A stretch of DNA of 64,000 nucleotides from Clostridia bacterium (lineage in GTDB: Bacteria > Bacillota > Clostridia > Oscillospirales > CAG-272), in the NCBI GenBank assembly GCA_017456905.1, contig JAFTIL010000027.1, positions 22,352 through 86,351 on the forward strand. Direction: 5' to 3'. Position numbers and translations under genes: made by a program. Under the pieces are notes generated by a model that did not search any database, was not told where the DNA came from, and saw nothing but the letters and a program-made list of their open reading frames with translations. How positions within the stretch are numbered: the first letter of the stretch is position 1; each line of letters starts with the position of its first letter. This document shows, piece after piece, positions 1 to 9,350 of the stretch.

Positions 1-775
1 TAAAGCTCGTGTTGTCCAGCATCTGCTCCATGTTGCTCATGCCCGACAGCACCATCATCACGTTGTCAAGGCCTGCGGTGAAGCGCACCGCCCAGGAGGC
101 CACCGACAGGGTGGAATCATAGGCTTTGAACAGCTTTTCAACGGAATTGGGGACGTTGGCCAGGGTGCCGCCCTTGACGGGCTCCATGACGATGACGGGC
201 ACGCCGTGCTTGCAGGCCACCTCGTAGCACTTGCGGGACTGCACGTTCTCGCTCTCCCAGTCCAGATAGTTGATCTGAAGCTGAACGAACTCCATTTCCG
301 GGTGGGCAGTCAGTACCTCGTCGAGGAATTCGGCGTTGTCATGGAAGGAGAAACCAATGTGCTTGACAAGGCCCTTTTCCTTTTTGTCCATGATCCAGTT
401 GAAGCAATCCAGGTCGTTGTAGACCTCGTAGTGGGATCTGCGCATATCGTGGAGCAGGTAGTAGTCGAAATATTCAACGCCCGTCTTGCGGCGCTGTTCC
501 TCAAAAACCTTGTCGCGATCCTCCTTGGTCTTGATAAAAGCGGCGTGGAGCTTGGTAGCCAGGGTGTAGCTGTCGCGGGGATGACGCTTGACCAGCGCCT
601 CCTTGATGGCCTCCTCGCTCTTGAAGGCGCAGTACATCCAGGCGGTGTCAAAATATGTAAAGCCTCGCTGGAGAAATGTGTCAACCATCTGCTTGGTTTG
701 TTCGATGTCAATGTTGCCGCCGTCCTTGGGGTCATTGAGGGGCAGGCGCATAAGGCCGAATCCGAGTTTTTTCAT
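1..775 (-). CDS. aldo/keto reductase family oxidoreductase (partial; C-terminus runs off the window start)
   Basis: Absent from the ORF track because it is open at the window edge. My minus-strand translation from ATG 775 (AGGAGA 7 nt upstream) reads [48 protein letters not shown]...HIGFSFHD...[10 protein letters not shown], a typical AKR layout. Confidence 0.8.
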   Translation of the reverse strand, partial: MKKLGFGLMRLPLNDPKDGGNIDIEQTKQMVDTFLQRGFTYFDTAWMYCAFKSEEAIKEALVKRHPRDSYTLATKLHAAFIKTKEDRDKVFEEQRRKTGVEYFDYYLLHDMRRSHYEVYNDLDCFNWIMDKKEKGLVKHIGFSFHDNAEFLDEVLTAHPEMEFVQLQINYLDWESENVQSRKCYEVACKHGVPVIVMEPVKGGTLANVPNSVEKLFKAYDSTLSVASWAVRFTAGLDNVMMVLSGMSNMEQMLDNTSF

Positions 776-788
776 GGTAATTCTCCTG

Positions 789-1247
789 TTACTTATTTTT
801 GTTCTTAAAATATCGGTAAATACGGTAGCGGTGATGAATGCATACCGCCACAAGGGCTTCCAAAAGGACGAGTGTCAACGGGATGATCCAGGATAGCGGA
901 TGTTGAAAGAAGATAAAAAACTGAATGGAGCATAGCGCAGTTATTACGAGGATTACGGCAAGGCTGATATATGCCGTTTTATAGTATCGTTCATAGGGAT
1001 TAAAACTTTGCCATTTGCTAAAAGCCATGTTTGAAAAAATGATATAAGCCATCATTACAAGGAATACGGTCAGGCCTACGCGAAGAAACACAGGATCATC
1101 CAGCATGAAATAGATATACAAGCATTCGGCCATCGTGTTGATGCCGATGCAGCAGTCAGACCAGCAGCAGATCAAGTGTTGGGTTTGCTGAGGCTCTTTC
1201 ATTGAGAGAATCTTTTTCTTTTCTCTTTTCATTAAAACTTTCTCCAT
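789..1247 (-). CDS. small hypothetical membrane protein (about 4 TM segments); start codon uncertain
   Basis: 152-aa ORF with hydrophobic stretches ([49 protein letters not shown]). It overlaps the fnlC-like stop by 16 nt. I recognise no family. Confidence 0.45.
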   Translation of the reverse strand: MEKVLMKREKKKILSMKEPQQTQHLICCWSDCCIGINTMAECLYIYFMLDDPVFLRVGLTVFLVMMAYIIFSNMAFSKWQSFNPYERYYKTAYISLAVILVITALCSIQFFIFFQHPLSWIIPLTLVLLEALVAVCIHHRYRIYRYFKNKNK

Positions 1248-2416
1248 ACCATCTTATCCACCACACCCGTATAGGACTGGATGATCTTGACCACCTTGGT
1301 GGACACCAATTCTTCGGTGTAGTCGGGCACGGGGATGCCTTGGTTGCCATCCTCGGTCATGCTGACCGCCGTATCCACGGCCTGGAGCAGACGTTTTTCG
1401 TCAATGCCGGCCAAGATAAAGCAGGCCTTTTCCAAAGCCTCGGGACGCTCGGTGGAGGTGCGGATGCAGACGGCAGGGAAGGGGCGTCCGATGGAGGTGA
1501 AGAAGCTGGACTCCTCAGGTAAGGTACCGCTGTCGGACACCACCGCGAATGCATTCATTTGCAGATGGTTGTAGTCGTGGAAGCCCAAAGGCTCGTGACG
1601 GATCACGCGCTTGTCCAGCACAAAACCGCTCTTTTCAAGACGGTTGCGGCTGCGGGGATGGCAGGAGTAGAGGATGGGCATATCGTATTTTTCGGCCATC
1701 TTGTTGATGGCGGTAAAAAGACTGGTGAAATTCTTCTCGGTGTCAATATTTTCCTCACGGTGGGCCGAGAGCAGGATGTATTTCTTGGGCTCCAGCCCCA
1801 AGCGTGTGAGGATATCGCTGCCCTCAATGTCAGCCAAATTGCTATGAAGTACCTCGGCCATGGGGGAACCGGTAACATAAGTACGCTCCTTGGGCAGACC
1901 GCATTCATGCAGATAACGGCGGGCGTGCTCGGAGTAAGCGAGATTGACGTCGGAGATAATATCCACGATACGGCGGTTGGTCTCCTCGGGAAGGCATTCG
2001 TCCTTACAGCGGTTGCCCGCCTCCATGTGGAAGATGGGGATGTGCAATCTCTTGGCGGCGATGGCCGACAGGCAGGAGTTGGTGTCACCCAGAATCAGGA
2101 GAGCGTCGGGCTTGATCTGATTCATGAGCTTGTAGGAGCAATTGATGATGTTGCCCACCGTAGCGCCCAGATCATCGCCCACAGCATCCATGTAGACCTC
2201 GGGGGCATTCAACTTCAGATCCTTGAAGAAGACACCGTTGAGATTATAATCGTAATTCTGTCCCGTGTGAGCCAGAATACAGTCAAAATACTGACGGCAT
2301 TTGGTAATGACGGCGGCCAGGCGAATGATCTCAGGGCGAGTGCCCACGATGATGAGTAGTTTTAATTTGCCGTTGTCTTGGAATTTGATATCACTGTAAT
2401 CTAATTTTATGTTCAT
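1232..2416 (-). CDS. fnlC: UDP-N-acetylglucosamine 2-epimerase family, FnlC/Cap5G/WbjD-like (UDP-L-FucNAc pathway step 3)
   Basis: KLLIIVGTRPEIIRLAAVI...HTGQNYDYNLNGVFFKDL...LILGDTNS...HMEAGNRC...PEETNRR motifs. Last gene of a three-gene set with FnlA/FnlB-like genes; start and stop overlap its neighbours. Confidence 0.8.
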   Translation of the reverse strand: MNIKLDYSDIKFQDNGKLKLLIIVGTRPEIIRLAAVITKCRQYFDCILAHTGQNYDYNLNGVFFKDLKLNAPEVYMDAVGDDLGATVGNIINCSYKLMNQIKPDALLILGDTNSCLSAIAAKRLHIPIFHMEAGNRCKDECLPEETNRRIVDIISDVNLAYSEHARRYLHECGLPKERTYVTGSPMAEVLHSNLADIEGSDILTRLGLEPKKYILLSAHREENIDTEKNFTSLFTAINKMAEKYDMPILYSCHPRSRNRLEKSGFVLDKRVIRHEPLGFHDYNHLQMNAFAVVSDSGTLPEESSFFTSIGRPFPAVCIRTSTERPEALEKACFILAGIDEKRLLQAVDTAVSMTEDGNQGIPVPDYTEELVSTKVVKIIQSYTGVVDKMVWRKF

Positions 2417-3612
2417 TCTACCACCTCAAAAAATGTATCGGGTTTTTTGGGGTCAAAGCACTCGTTAGCCCACATGATCGTCACCAGATCCTCGGTCTCC
2501 GACAGATTGGTGATGTTATGGGTGTATCCGGGAAGCATATGCACTGCCTCGATCTTGTTTCCTGAAACCTCAAAATCCAAGACCTCGTCGGTACCGATCT
2601 TGCGGAGCTGGATGAGCCCATGTCCCGCAACCACGATGAAAAATTCCCACTTGGTGTGGTGCCAATGCTGTCCCTTGGTGATACCCGGCTTTGAGATATT
2701 CACAGAGAATTGACCGCATTTCTCAGTTCTCATCAGCTCGGTAAAGCTTCCGCGTGCGTTGCAGTTCATTTTGAGAGGAAAGGCGATCTTCTCGGGGGGC
2801 AGATAGGACAGATAGGTGGAATACAGCTTCTTGGCAAAGCTACCCACCGGGATCTCGGGCATAGTGAGAGTCTTGGGCTGGTCTCGGAAGGCCTCCAAGA
2901 GACGGACGATCTCCCCAAGTGTTACCCGATGGGTCATGGGAGCGGCACAGTAGGTCCCGTCGGGAGTAAGTATCGTCTTAATACCGTCGAACTCACAGCG
3001 ATGAGGCTTGTCCTCCAAGGCACAGAGCATCTCGTCGGTGAGATCATCGATGTAGAGAAGCTCCAGCTCCACGGCGGGGTCACTAACCGTCATGGGGAGG
3101 TCATTTGCAATATTGTTACAAAAGGTAGCCACCACGCTGTTGTAATTGGGGCGGCACCATTTACCGAACAGATTGGGGAAGCGGTAAACGTAGACTTTGG
3201 CTCCCGTCTCTTTAGCATAGCCGAATAACAGCTCCTCGCCTGCCTTTTTGCTCCGTCCGTAGTCGTTGTCATAGCGCCCGACAAGGGTCGCTTGGATGGA
3301 AGAGGACAGCACCACGGGACAGGTGTTCCCCTGCTTTTTCAGTGTTTCCAAAAGGGTAGAGCTGAACCCGAAATTGCCCGCCATGAACTCGGCGGGATCC
3401 TTGGGGCGGTTGACCCCTGCCAAATGGAAGACGAAATCCGCCTTGGCACAGTATTCATCCAGAAGAACAGGGTCGGTGTCCAAATCGTAGAGGTACAGCT
3501 CATCAATCGCAATGGCAGGATGGGTACGATCTTTGCCGTCTCGGATGTTTTGCAGAACTGCCGTCAGGTTTTGTCCCACAAACCCTGCGGCACCGGTGAT
3601 CAGTATATTCAT
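2413..3612 (-). CDS. fnlB: NAD-dependent epimerase/reductase with C-terminal cupin-like domain, FnlB/Cap5F/WbjC-like
   Basis: The track ORF extends to 3684, but ATG 3612 (MNILITGAAGFVGQNL, Rossmann GxxGxxG) sits 1 nt after the fnlA stop. YGRSKKAGEE (YxxxK) and RFPNLFGKWCRPNYNSVVATFC resemble Cap5F. Confidence 0.8.
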   Translation of the reverse strand: MNILITGAAGFVGQNLTAVLQNIRDGKDRTHPAIAIDELYLYDLDTDPVLLDEYCAKADFVFHLAGVNRPKDPAEFMAGNFGFSSTLLETLKKQGNTCPVVLSSSIQATLVGRYDNDYGRSKKAGEELLFGYAKETGAKVYVYRFPNLFGKWCRPNYNSVVATFCNNIANDLPMTVSDPAVELELLYIDDLTDEMLCALEDKPHRCEFDGIKTILTPDGTYCAAPMTHRVTLGEIVRLLEAFRDQPKTLTMPEIPVGSFAKKLYSTYLSYLPPEKIAFPLKMNCNARGSFTELMRTEKCGQFSVNISKPGITKGQHWHHTKWEFFIVVAGHGLIQLRKIGTDEVLDFEVSGNKIEAVHMLPGYTHNITNLSETEDLVTIMWANECFDPKKPDTFFEVVE

Positions 3613-3613
3613 A

Positions 3614-4660
3614 TCACTTTCCCCACTTGGCAAGCTCATCCTGAATGTATGCGAGAGAAGCGATTTTGGCTTTTGTCTCTTCAACGGTCAAAAGCTTGGT
3701 ATTATTGGAGTTAAACTCAGTAAGGGGATTGCGATCGGCATCGCCTTGATTGAAATACTTATCGTAATTGAGGCTGCGTTTGTCACAGGGGACGCGGTAG
3801 AAATTACCCATATCAATGGCGCTTGAGCACTCCTCGTTGGTGAGCAAAGTCTCGTACATCTTCTCGCCGTGACGGATACCGATGATCTTAATGTTCTCCT
3901 TGTCGCCGCCAAACAGCTCGCAGACAGCCTCGGCCTGGGTCTGAATGGTACAGGCGGGTGCCTTCTGGACCAAAATATCACCGTTCTCACCGTGTTCAAA
4001 GGCGAACAGGACCAGATCCACCGCCTCGTCCAGAGACATGATAAAACGGGTCATACCGCCATCGGTGATGGTAATGGGATTACCCGTGCGGATCTGGTCG
4101 ATCCACAGGGGAATAACGGATCCGCGAGAGCACATGACGTTGCCGTATCGGGTACACATGATCTTGGTCTTCTCGGGGGAAACGGTGCGTGACTTGGCAA
4201 CGATGACCTTCTCCATCATGGCCTTGGAGGTCCCCATGGCGTTGACGGGATAGGCAGCCTTATCGGTAGACAGACAAACAATTTTCTTGACCCCTGCCTC
4301 AATGGCGGCAGTCAGCACGTTTTCGGTGCCCAACACGTTGGTTTTGACAGCTTCAATAGGGAAGAACTCACAGGAGGGAACCTGCTTGAGCGCCGCGGCG
4401 TGGAAGATATAGTCCACGTTGTGCATGGCATTTTTGACCGATGAGATATCCCTGACGTCGCCGATATAGAACTTGATTTTCCCGGCTACCTCAGGCATCT
4501 TTACCTGAAACTCATGACGCATATCATCCTGCTTCTTCTCATCGCGGGAGAAAATACGAATTTCTCCAATATCGGTCCTCAAAAAACGGTTCATCACGGC
4601 ATGACCAAAGGAACCTGTACCACCTGTGATGAGTAACGTCTTTCCTGTGAAAAGAGACAT
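3614..4660 (-). CDS. fnlA: UDP-GlcNAc 4,6-dehydratase/5-epimerase, FnlA/CapE/WbjB-like
   Basis: MSLFTGKTLLITGGTGSFGHAVMNRFL...IFSRDEKKQDDM...TDKAAYPVNAMGTSKAMMEK, typical of the polysaccharide-biosynthesis CapD/CapE family. Confidence 0.85.
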   Translation of the reverse strand: MSLFTGKTLLITGGTGSFGHAVMNRFLRTDIGEIRIFSRDEKKQDDMRHEFQVKMPEVAGKIKFYIGDVRDISSVKNAMHNVDYIFHAAALKQVPSCEFFPIEAVKTNVLGTENVLTAAIEAGVKKIVCLSTDKAAYPVNAMGTSKAMMEKVIVAKSRTVSPEKTKIMCTRYGNVMCSRGSVIPLWIDQIRTGNPITITDGGMTRFIMSLDEAVDLVLFAFEHGENGDILVQKAPACTIQTQAEAVCELFGGDKENIKIIGIRHGEKMYETLLTNEECSSAIDMGNFYRVPCDKRSLNYDKYFNQGDADRNPLTEFNSNNTKLLTVEETKAKIASLAYIQDELAKWGK

Positions 4661-4687
4661 ATATTTATACCTCCTTCGTTTTATTCC

Positions 4688-5095
4688 TTAATGATCATGC
4701 TGGCAGGGATGCAGGAAAAAGTCGGTAAGATCCATAAACCATTGATCATTTGCATTCTTTTTAAAGCCGATGGCCTTGATCATGGCTTCATCGGTAAAGC
4801 TTGTATCCTCGAAATAAGCGGTATGCACACCGCAAAGATCAATGAAATTCAGCGCGGCCCGTCCCATGACGAAAAGCGCTTCACCGCGATCCTTGGGTGT
4901 GATCTCCATATCCTTGACAAGACCAAAAGTGCAGATCCGCCCACCGTTTGAAGACATGGAAAATTGACAAATACCTTTGAGATCACCGTCGATCATAGCC
5001 TTATATGCCAGGAGATCAGCATCAAAGATCATGCCGCAACGGGCACACATGGCCTCCTGCTCGGTTTTGGATTGAATGGGTAATACTTCTAACAT
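4688..5095 (-). CDS. hypothetical cytosolic protein (possibly an acetyltransferase-like fold)
   Basis: ORF trimmed to ATG 5095 (MLEVLPIQ), with AAGGAAGG 8 nt upstream. I recognise no confident family. Confidence 0.5.
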   Translation of the reverse strand: MLEVLPIQSKTEQEAMCARCGMIFDADLLAYKAMIDGDLKGICQFSMSSNGGRICTFGLVKDMEITPKDRGEALFVMGRAALNFIDLCGVHTAYFEDTSFTDEAMIKAIGFKKNANDQWFMDLTDFFLHPCQHDH

Positions 5096-5109
5096 GATGA
5101 TACCTTCCT

Positions 5110-5829
5110 TTACAAACCTTTTAATTGACGCAGCTCTTTGGCGTTCAGATGGCGCCATTTGCCCTCATCCAGATTGCCGAGCTGCAACGGGCCCTCGGAA
5201 ATACGGGTCAATTTGCGGACAACCAGGTTCTCGCGTTCACAAAGACGACGCACCTGGCGGTTGCGTCCGTCGTGGATGGTCACCTCCAGCACCGTATGAT
5301 ATTCAGTATAGCCCGCCTTGCGAACGGCGGCAGGTGCGGTCATACGTCCGTCGATCTCTATGGGGCGGCCCATACCCGTGATCTGCTCGGTGGTCACGTT
5401 GCCGTCCACGTAGGCGTAATATACCTTGGCAACGTCGTGCTTGGGATGTGCCAGTTGGTTTGCCAGCTCACCGTCGTTGGTGAGGATCAAAAGACCGTCA
5501 GAATCCATATCCAAGCGACCAATGGGATAAAGTCGAGCGCCTGCGTCCTTGACAAGCTCTATGACTGTGGGACGTCCCTTTTCGTCTTTGAGGGTGGTCA
5601 CGTATCCACGGGGCTTATTCAGCATAATATAGACCTTGCGGTTATCTTTGGGCATGATGACAGGCTTGCCCTTCCAGGTTACCTTATCTACACCCGGGGT
5701 CACCTTTTGGCCAAGCTCGGCGGTCACACCGTTGATCTTCACCTCACCCGCGCTCACAGCCGCATCGGCGGCACGGCGGGACATAATACCGCAATCTGTA
5801 AAATACTTTGAAATTCTGACAGGTTCCAT
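5110..5829 (-). CDS. rluB: pseudouridine synthase, RsuA/RluB family (S4 domain plus catalytic domain)
   Basis: N-terminal S4 domain (RISKYFTDCGIMSRRAADAAVSAGEVKING) and catalytic motif PIGRLDMDSDGLLILTNDG. ATG 5829 has GAAGGAAG upstream; the track start at 5835 is a TTG. Confidence 0.85.
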   Translation of the reverse strand: MEPVRISKYFTDCGIMSRRAADAAVSAGEVKINGVTAELGQKVTPGVDKVTWKGKPVIMPKDNRKVYIMLNKPRGYVTTLKDEKGRPTVIELVKDAGARLYPIGRLDMDSDGLLILTNDGELANQLAHPKHDVAKVYYAYVDGNVTTEQITGMGRPIEIDGRMTAPAAVRKAGYTEYHTVLEVTIHDGRNRQVRRLCERENLVVRKLTRISEGPLQLGNLDEGKWRHLNAKELRQLKGL

Positions 5830-5854
5830 TTTCAACTTCCTTCAATAATCAATA

Positions 5855-7129
5855 TCAAAAACCGAAAAATTCGGAAATTTTCTCAAGTAGCGATTTTTTA
5901 TATATCACCGCATTTACCTCATGTTGAGCGTAAAGCGGAATTTTTCCAAGTAACAGCATCCCTCCGTCGGGCAAGATCTCGTAAAAGGCCAAGTGACCTA
6001 TGATCTGTCCTTCTGATAAGGGGGCATAAACAAAGCGTGGCATTTCCACCACAAGGCGGATACTGCCTCTATCTTTGGGTAAAGACAGTCGCAGACCCTC
6101 CCGATTTCGAACCATAACGTACTCGTGTGTGCCGCCAATCACCCACAAGGGTGCCTCAAAAGCGCCGGCAACGCAAAGTTCCGTGTTATCATACAAAGAA
6201 AAACCGTAATCTAAGAGTTTTGTGTGATCGCGCCAATCATCGGGCGCGTTGAGGGTAACGGCAATGAGTGCCAAATCATCCTTCTCGGCGGCACTGACAA
6301 GACAACGACCGCTCTTTTTGGTAAAGCCGGTTTTGACGCCTACGGCACCGTCATATGTACGAAGAAGTTTGTTGTGATTGAGCAGTAAACGTACCCCCTC
6401 CTCTCCGTTGTGAGGAATGGTCTTACGCTCGGTGGATATAATAGTTTTCAAAAGATCGTGGGACATGGCTTCCTTGGCAATCACGGCCAACTCGTATGCC
6501 GTGGTATAATGCTCGGGATCGTCCAGACCGTGAGGATTGACAAAATGGGTGTTTTTCAGTCCCAAAGCTACTGCTTTTTGGTTCATGCGCTCAGAAAAAG
6601 CCTCTACGCTCCCCGAAACCGCCATGGCAATGGCCACAGCCGCATCGTTGGCAGAGGAAAGCATGAGCGCGTATAGCAGCTCTTCTAAGGTCAAAACCTC
6701 ACCTTCGGTCAAATAGATCGAAGAACCTTCTATCCCTACAGACTCCTTCGTGATCGTCACAAGAGTGTCGGAAGGCAGTGCCTCGACCGCCACCAAAGCC
6801 GTCATGATCTTGGTGGTAGAAGCCATGGGCAATCTTGCGTTCTCGTTTTGTCTGTATAAAATTTCTCCCGTATCAGCATTGATCAGCACCGCGCCTTGGG
6901 CAGAAATACCCGTAGGTACAGAAGGGAGAGAACTTGCCTCATTAGGAAAGAGATAGCCTTCGAGGGAAATCTTTCCTTTGTCCGGATCCGTATAATCCGC
7001 ATGGACCCGCAGCGGAAATGATAGGGTCATAAACTGACAAGTCAGAGTAAAAACCAAGGCCAAAAGGAGTGCCTTTCGAGCGAAAAGCCACCACGCTGCT
7101 CGTCCATTGTCGCGCACAAAATACATCAT
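5855..7129 (-). CDS. dacB: serine-type D-alanyl-D-alanine carboxypeptidase (PBP5/DacB-like)
   Basis: SxxK (ASTTKIMT), SxN (SSAND) and KTG (KTGFT) motifs in the canonical order, with an N-terminal signal/TM segment. Confidence 0.85.
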   Translation of the reverse strand: MMYFVRDNGRAAWWLFARKALLLALVFTLTCQFMTLSFPLRVHADYTDPDKGKISLEGYLFPNEASSLPSVPTGISAQGAVLINADTGEILYRQNENARLPMASTTKIMTALVAVEALPSDTLVTITKESVGIEGSSIYLTEGEVLTLEELLYALMLSSANDAAVAIAMAVSGSVEAFSERMNQKAVALGLKNTHFVNPHGLDDPEHYTTAYELAVIAKEAMSHDLLKTIISTERKTIPHNGEEGVRLLLNHNKLLRTYDGAVGVKTGFTKKSGRCLVSAAEKDDLALIAVTLNAPDDWRDHTKLLDYGFSLYDNTELCVAGAFEAPLWVIGGTHEYVMVRNREGLRLSLPKDRGSIRLVVEMPRFVYAPLSEGQIIGHLAFYEILPDGGMLLLGKIPLYAQHEVNAVIYKKSLLEKISEFFGF

Positions 7130-7251
7130 TTTAACCGACCTCCCGATTGAACTCGGTTAAGATATATGAAGGGCGGACAAAGGTTATGACAAGCAATCAT
7201 GCTTTTGCGGACGAGGATACAGTGACACCTCGTCCGCAAAACAAATAGAAA

Positions 7252-7662
7252 TTATTCCTCAGACTTATCTTTGCTGAGAATAGCCTTAACCTTGGCCAGG
7301 ATCTCGGGGGAACGTTCAATGAAATCAGCGATCTGCTCAATGGGATCAGAGGGGTTCTTAACGCCTACGTTGATCATATCCACGTCGCCGTCTGCATTGA
7401 TAACCAAGAAGCCAAGAGGCTGAATGGACAGGCCGGTGCCACCGCCTGCACCAAAGTTCTGAGCCTTGTTGGGAGCTTCGTCCTTGCCATTGTAATCAAG
7501 TCCACCCGTAGCATAGCCCATAGCGATCTTGGACACGGGAATGATGGTGGTACCGTTAGCAATGATGGGGGTACCGATGATGGTGTTGGCATCAATCAAG
7601 GTCTTGATGCTTTGCAGGGAAGTCTGGATAATGTCTTGCAGCTTGTTTTCGGAGGTTGCCAT
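7252..7662 (-). CDS. ytfJ: sporulation protein YtfJ/GerW family
   Basis: GTPIIANGTTIIPVSKIAMGYATGGLDY...GAGGGTGLSIQPLGFLVI matches the YtfJ/GerW pattern. ATG 7662 has AAAGGAA upstream. Confidence 0.8.
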   Translation of the reverse strand: MATSENKLQDIIQTSLQSIKTLIDANTIIGTPIIANGTTIIPVSKIAMGYATGGLDYNGKDEAPNKAQNFGAGGGTGLSIQPLGFLVINADGDVDMINVGVKNPSDPIEQIADFIERSPEILAKVKAILSKDKSEE

Positions 7663-7731
7663 AATGGTAATTCCTTTCTGTATGTGTATTTTTTTATTTC
7701 TTTCCAATGGAATACAAGAGATTGAGCCGTG

Positions 7732-8610
7732 TCACATGACGGGAGGCAGGGGTGCATCCGGCGGTTTCTCCGACCCAATCGCCTTGGGTGGCGAGGGCGG
7801 CGAGGGGATGACAGGTAATGGAATCTTGGGCGCGTGAGGAATATCGGGGACGGGAACCGCGGTTTCAGGATGATCGGGATCGGGCTTGATCTTGATATAT
7901 CCCTTGAGAAACGCGAATCCTGCTTTCAAGAGAGCACCCACCAAGTTACCGAGGCTGACACGGAAGGTCAAGTCGCAATCAAAGACAATACCCGCAAGGG
8001 TATAATCGGGCACCACAGAGATCTCCGCCTTTTTCAATCCGTCCACGTGGCAGATCTTTTCAAGTAGCTTCATAAGATAGCCAACGGACTGATAGACCAC
8101 GCCGTACGTCATAGCCACAGCCATGGCGTCTCCTCCACCCACACGGATGTTGAACCGCGCCACCTTGATATGGATCTTGCCAAAGAATCTTGAGAAAAAC
8201 AGACCCACGATACGGGTAACGAGAGGGATAAGCTCTGTCATCTTGGGACGCTTGGCCTTTTTGGCTTTTTTGAGTGCCTTCTTTTCGGCCTTGGTCAGCT
8301 TTGCAAGCTCGGCCTTCTTTTCGGCTTTCTTTTTTGCCTTTTCCGCCGCCTTCTTTTTAGCGGCAGCCCTCTTCTTCAGAGCTTTTTTGGCGGCTTTGGC
8401 ATCCCGTTTCCGTATTTTCTTCAGCGTGTATTTTTTGATATTGTATTTCTTTGGCTTTTTGGGCAGGATCTTTATGGGAATGCCCAAAACTCTGACCGTC
8501 AAGGCAAGCTCGTCCTTCAGGTCGATATTGATATAGGCGTGTACCGTGAACAGAAGCACCAGGAGGAGGATAATAAAGCCAAACACTCCAAGTATGATCC
8601 AACCGACCAT
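7732..8610 (-). CDS. DUF2953 (YtfI-like) sporulation-associated membrane protein with Lys/Ala-rich insert and Pro-rich tail
   Basis: N-terminal TM segment, about 70 aa of K/A low complexity, then a conserved-looking core (FNIRVGGGDAMAVAMTYG). It sits directly upstream of ytfJ, as ytfI does in Bacillus. Confidence 0.6.
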   Translation of the reverse strand: MVGWIILGVFGFIILLLVLLFTVHAYINIDLKDELALTVRVLGIPIKILPKKPKKYNIKKYTLKKIRKRDAKAAKKALKKRAAAKKKAAEKAKKKAEKKAELAKLTKAEKKALKKAKKAKRPKMTELIPLVTRIVGLFFSRFFGKIHIKVARFNIRVGGGDAMAVAMTYGVVYQSVGYLMKLLEKICHVDGLKKAEISVVPDYTLAGIVFDCDLTFRVSLGNLVGALLKAGFAFLKGYIKIKPDPDHPETAVPVPDIPHAPKIPLPVIPSPPSPPKAIGSEKPPDAPLPPVM

Positions 8611-8654
8611 AGAAGAACTCCTTTCTCATTTATTTTCACAATTTGAAATTGATC

Positions 8655-9350
8655 TTATTCGCTCTCCTGCTCATCCGTTTGCACGTCATCAATGGTGAGC
8701 GGAATAGCCCGATCGTTCATAGCAGCTTCCGCCACACCAAGTGCCTCGGTCTCAGGAAGATCCGCAAGAGTGGAAAGACCGAATACACGAAGAAATTTAT
8801 CTGTCGTAGCGTACAGCATAGGACGACCGGGAGCATCCAGACGCCCACAAGCCTCGATGAGGCCCTTATCCAGCAGAGAGGACACGGCATAAGAGCTGTC
8901 CACACCTCTGACCGTATCAACAAAAGCACGGGTCACAGGCTGGTTATAAGCAACCACAGCCAGCACCTCCATAGAAGAAGCAGACAAGTTGCCGCCACGG
9001 CGGATACCTAAAGCCTCTCGTATGTAAGGAGCATATGCCTCTTTGGTGCAGAGCTGACAGGCATCGGGATACATGAGCAGTTGGATTCCCCTGTCCTCAT
9101 ATCCTGCAGCCATATGCTCTACAAAACGTCGGATATCACGTTGAGAAAGACCGATCACCAGGGACAGCTTTTCATAAGTCACGGGATAGCCTGCAGCATA
9201 AAGAATGGCTTCAATGGCCTTATCTACGTCGTGAATGTCCAGGGGAGAAACCTCTTCTGCAGTCTTCTTTTGATTTTTGGAAGCTTTTGCTTCAGCATCA
9301 GCTTCGCCCGAAGGGATTTCACCTTGGGACATCATTTTTTCGTCGTTCAT
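8655..9350 (-). CDS. scpB: segregation and condensation protein B
   Basis: AIEAILYAAGYPVTYEKLS...EVLAVVAYNQPVTRAFVDTVRGVDSSYAVSSLLDKGLIE...GRPMLYATTDKFLRVFGL. ATGA overlap with scpA. Confidence 0.9.
   Translation of the reverse strand: MNDEKMMSQGEIPSGEADAEAKASKNQKKTAEEVSPLDIHDVDKAIEAILYAAGYPVTYEKLSLVIGLSQRDIRRFVEHMAAGYEDRGIQLLMYPDACQLCTKEAYAPYIREALGIRRGGNLSASSMEVLAVVAYNQPVTRAFVDTVRGVDSSYAVSSLLDKGLIEACGRLDAPGRPMLYATTDKFLRVFGLSTLADLPETEALGVAEAAMNDRAIPLTIDDVQTDEQESE

Noticed and set aside
3613-3684. Apparent 71-nt overlap between the fnlA and fnlB ORFs in the track. Similar over-extended starts occur at 4688-5158, 7252-7707, 14257-14910, 16431-18395, 18686-19342, 38015-39406 and 51065-51586.
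   Set aside because: In each case an internal ATG/GTG/TTG with a good GGAGG-type RBS sits at the point where family-typical sequence begins. The extensions are artefacts of longest-ORF calling.
7131-7160. 8-bp-stem hairpin (TTAACCGA…TCGGTTAA) over the dacB translation start region, a possible RBS-sequestering switch.
   Set aside because: In the mRNA orientation the GGGAGG Shine-Dalgarno lies in the loop rather than in a stem, so sequestration is not supported and no alternative structure is evident.
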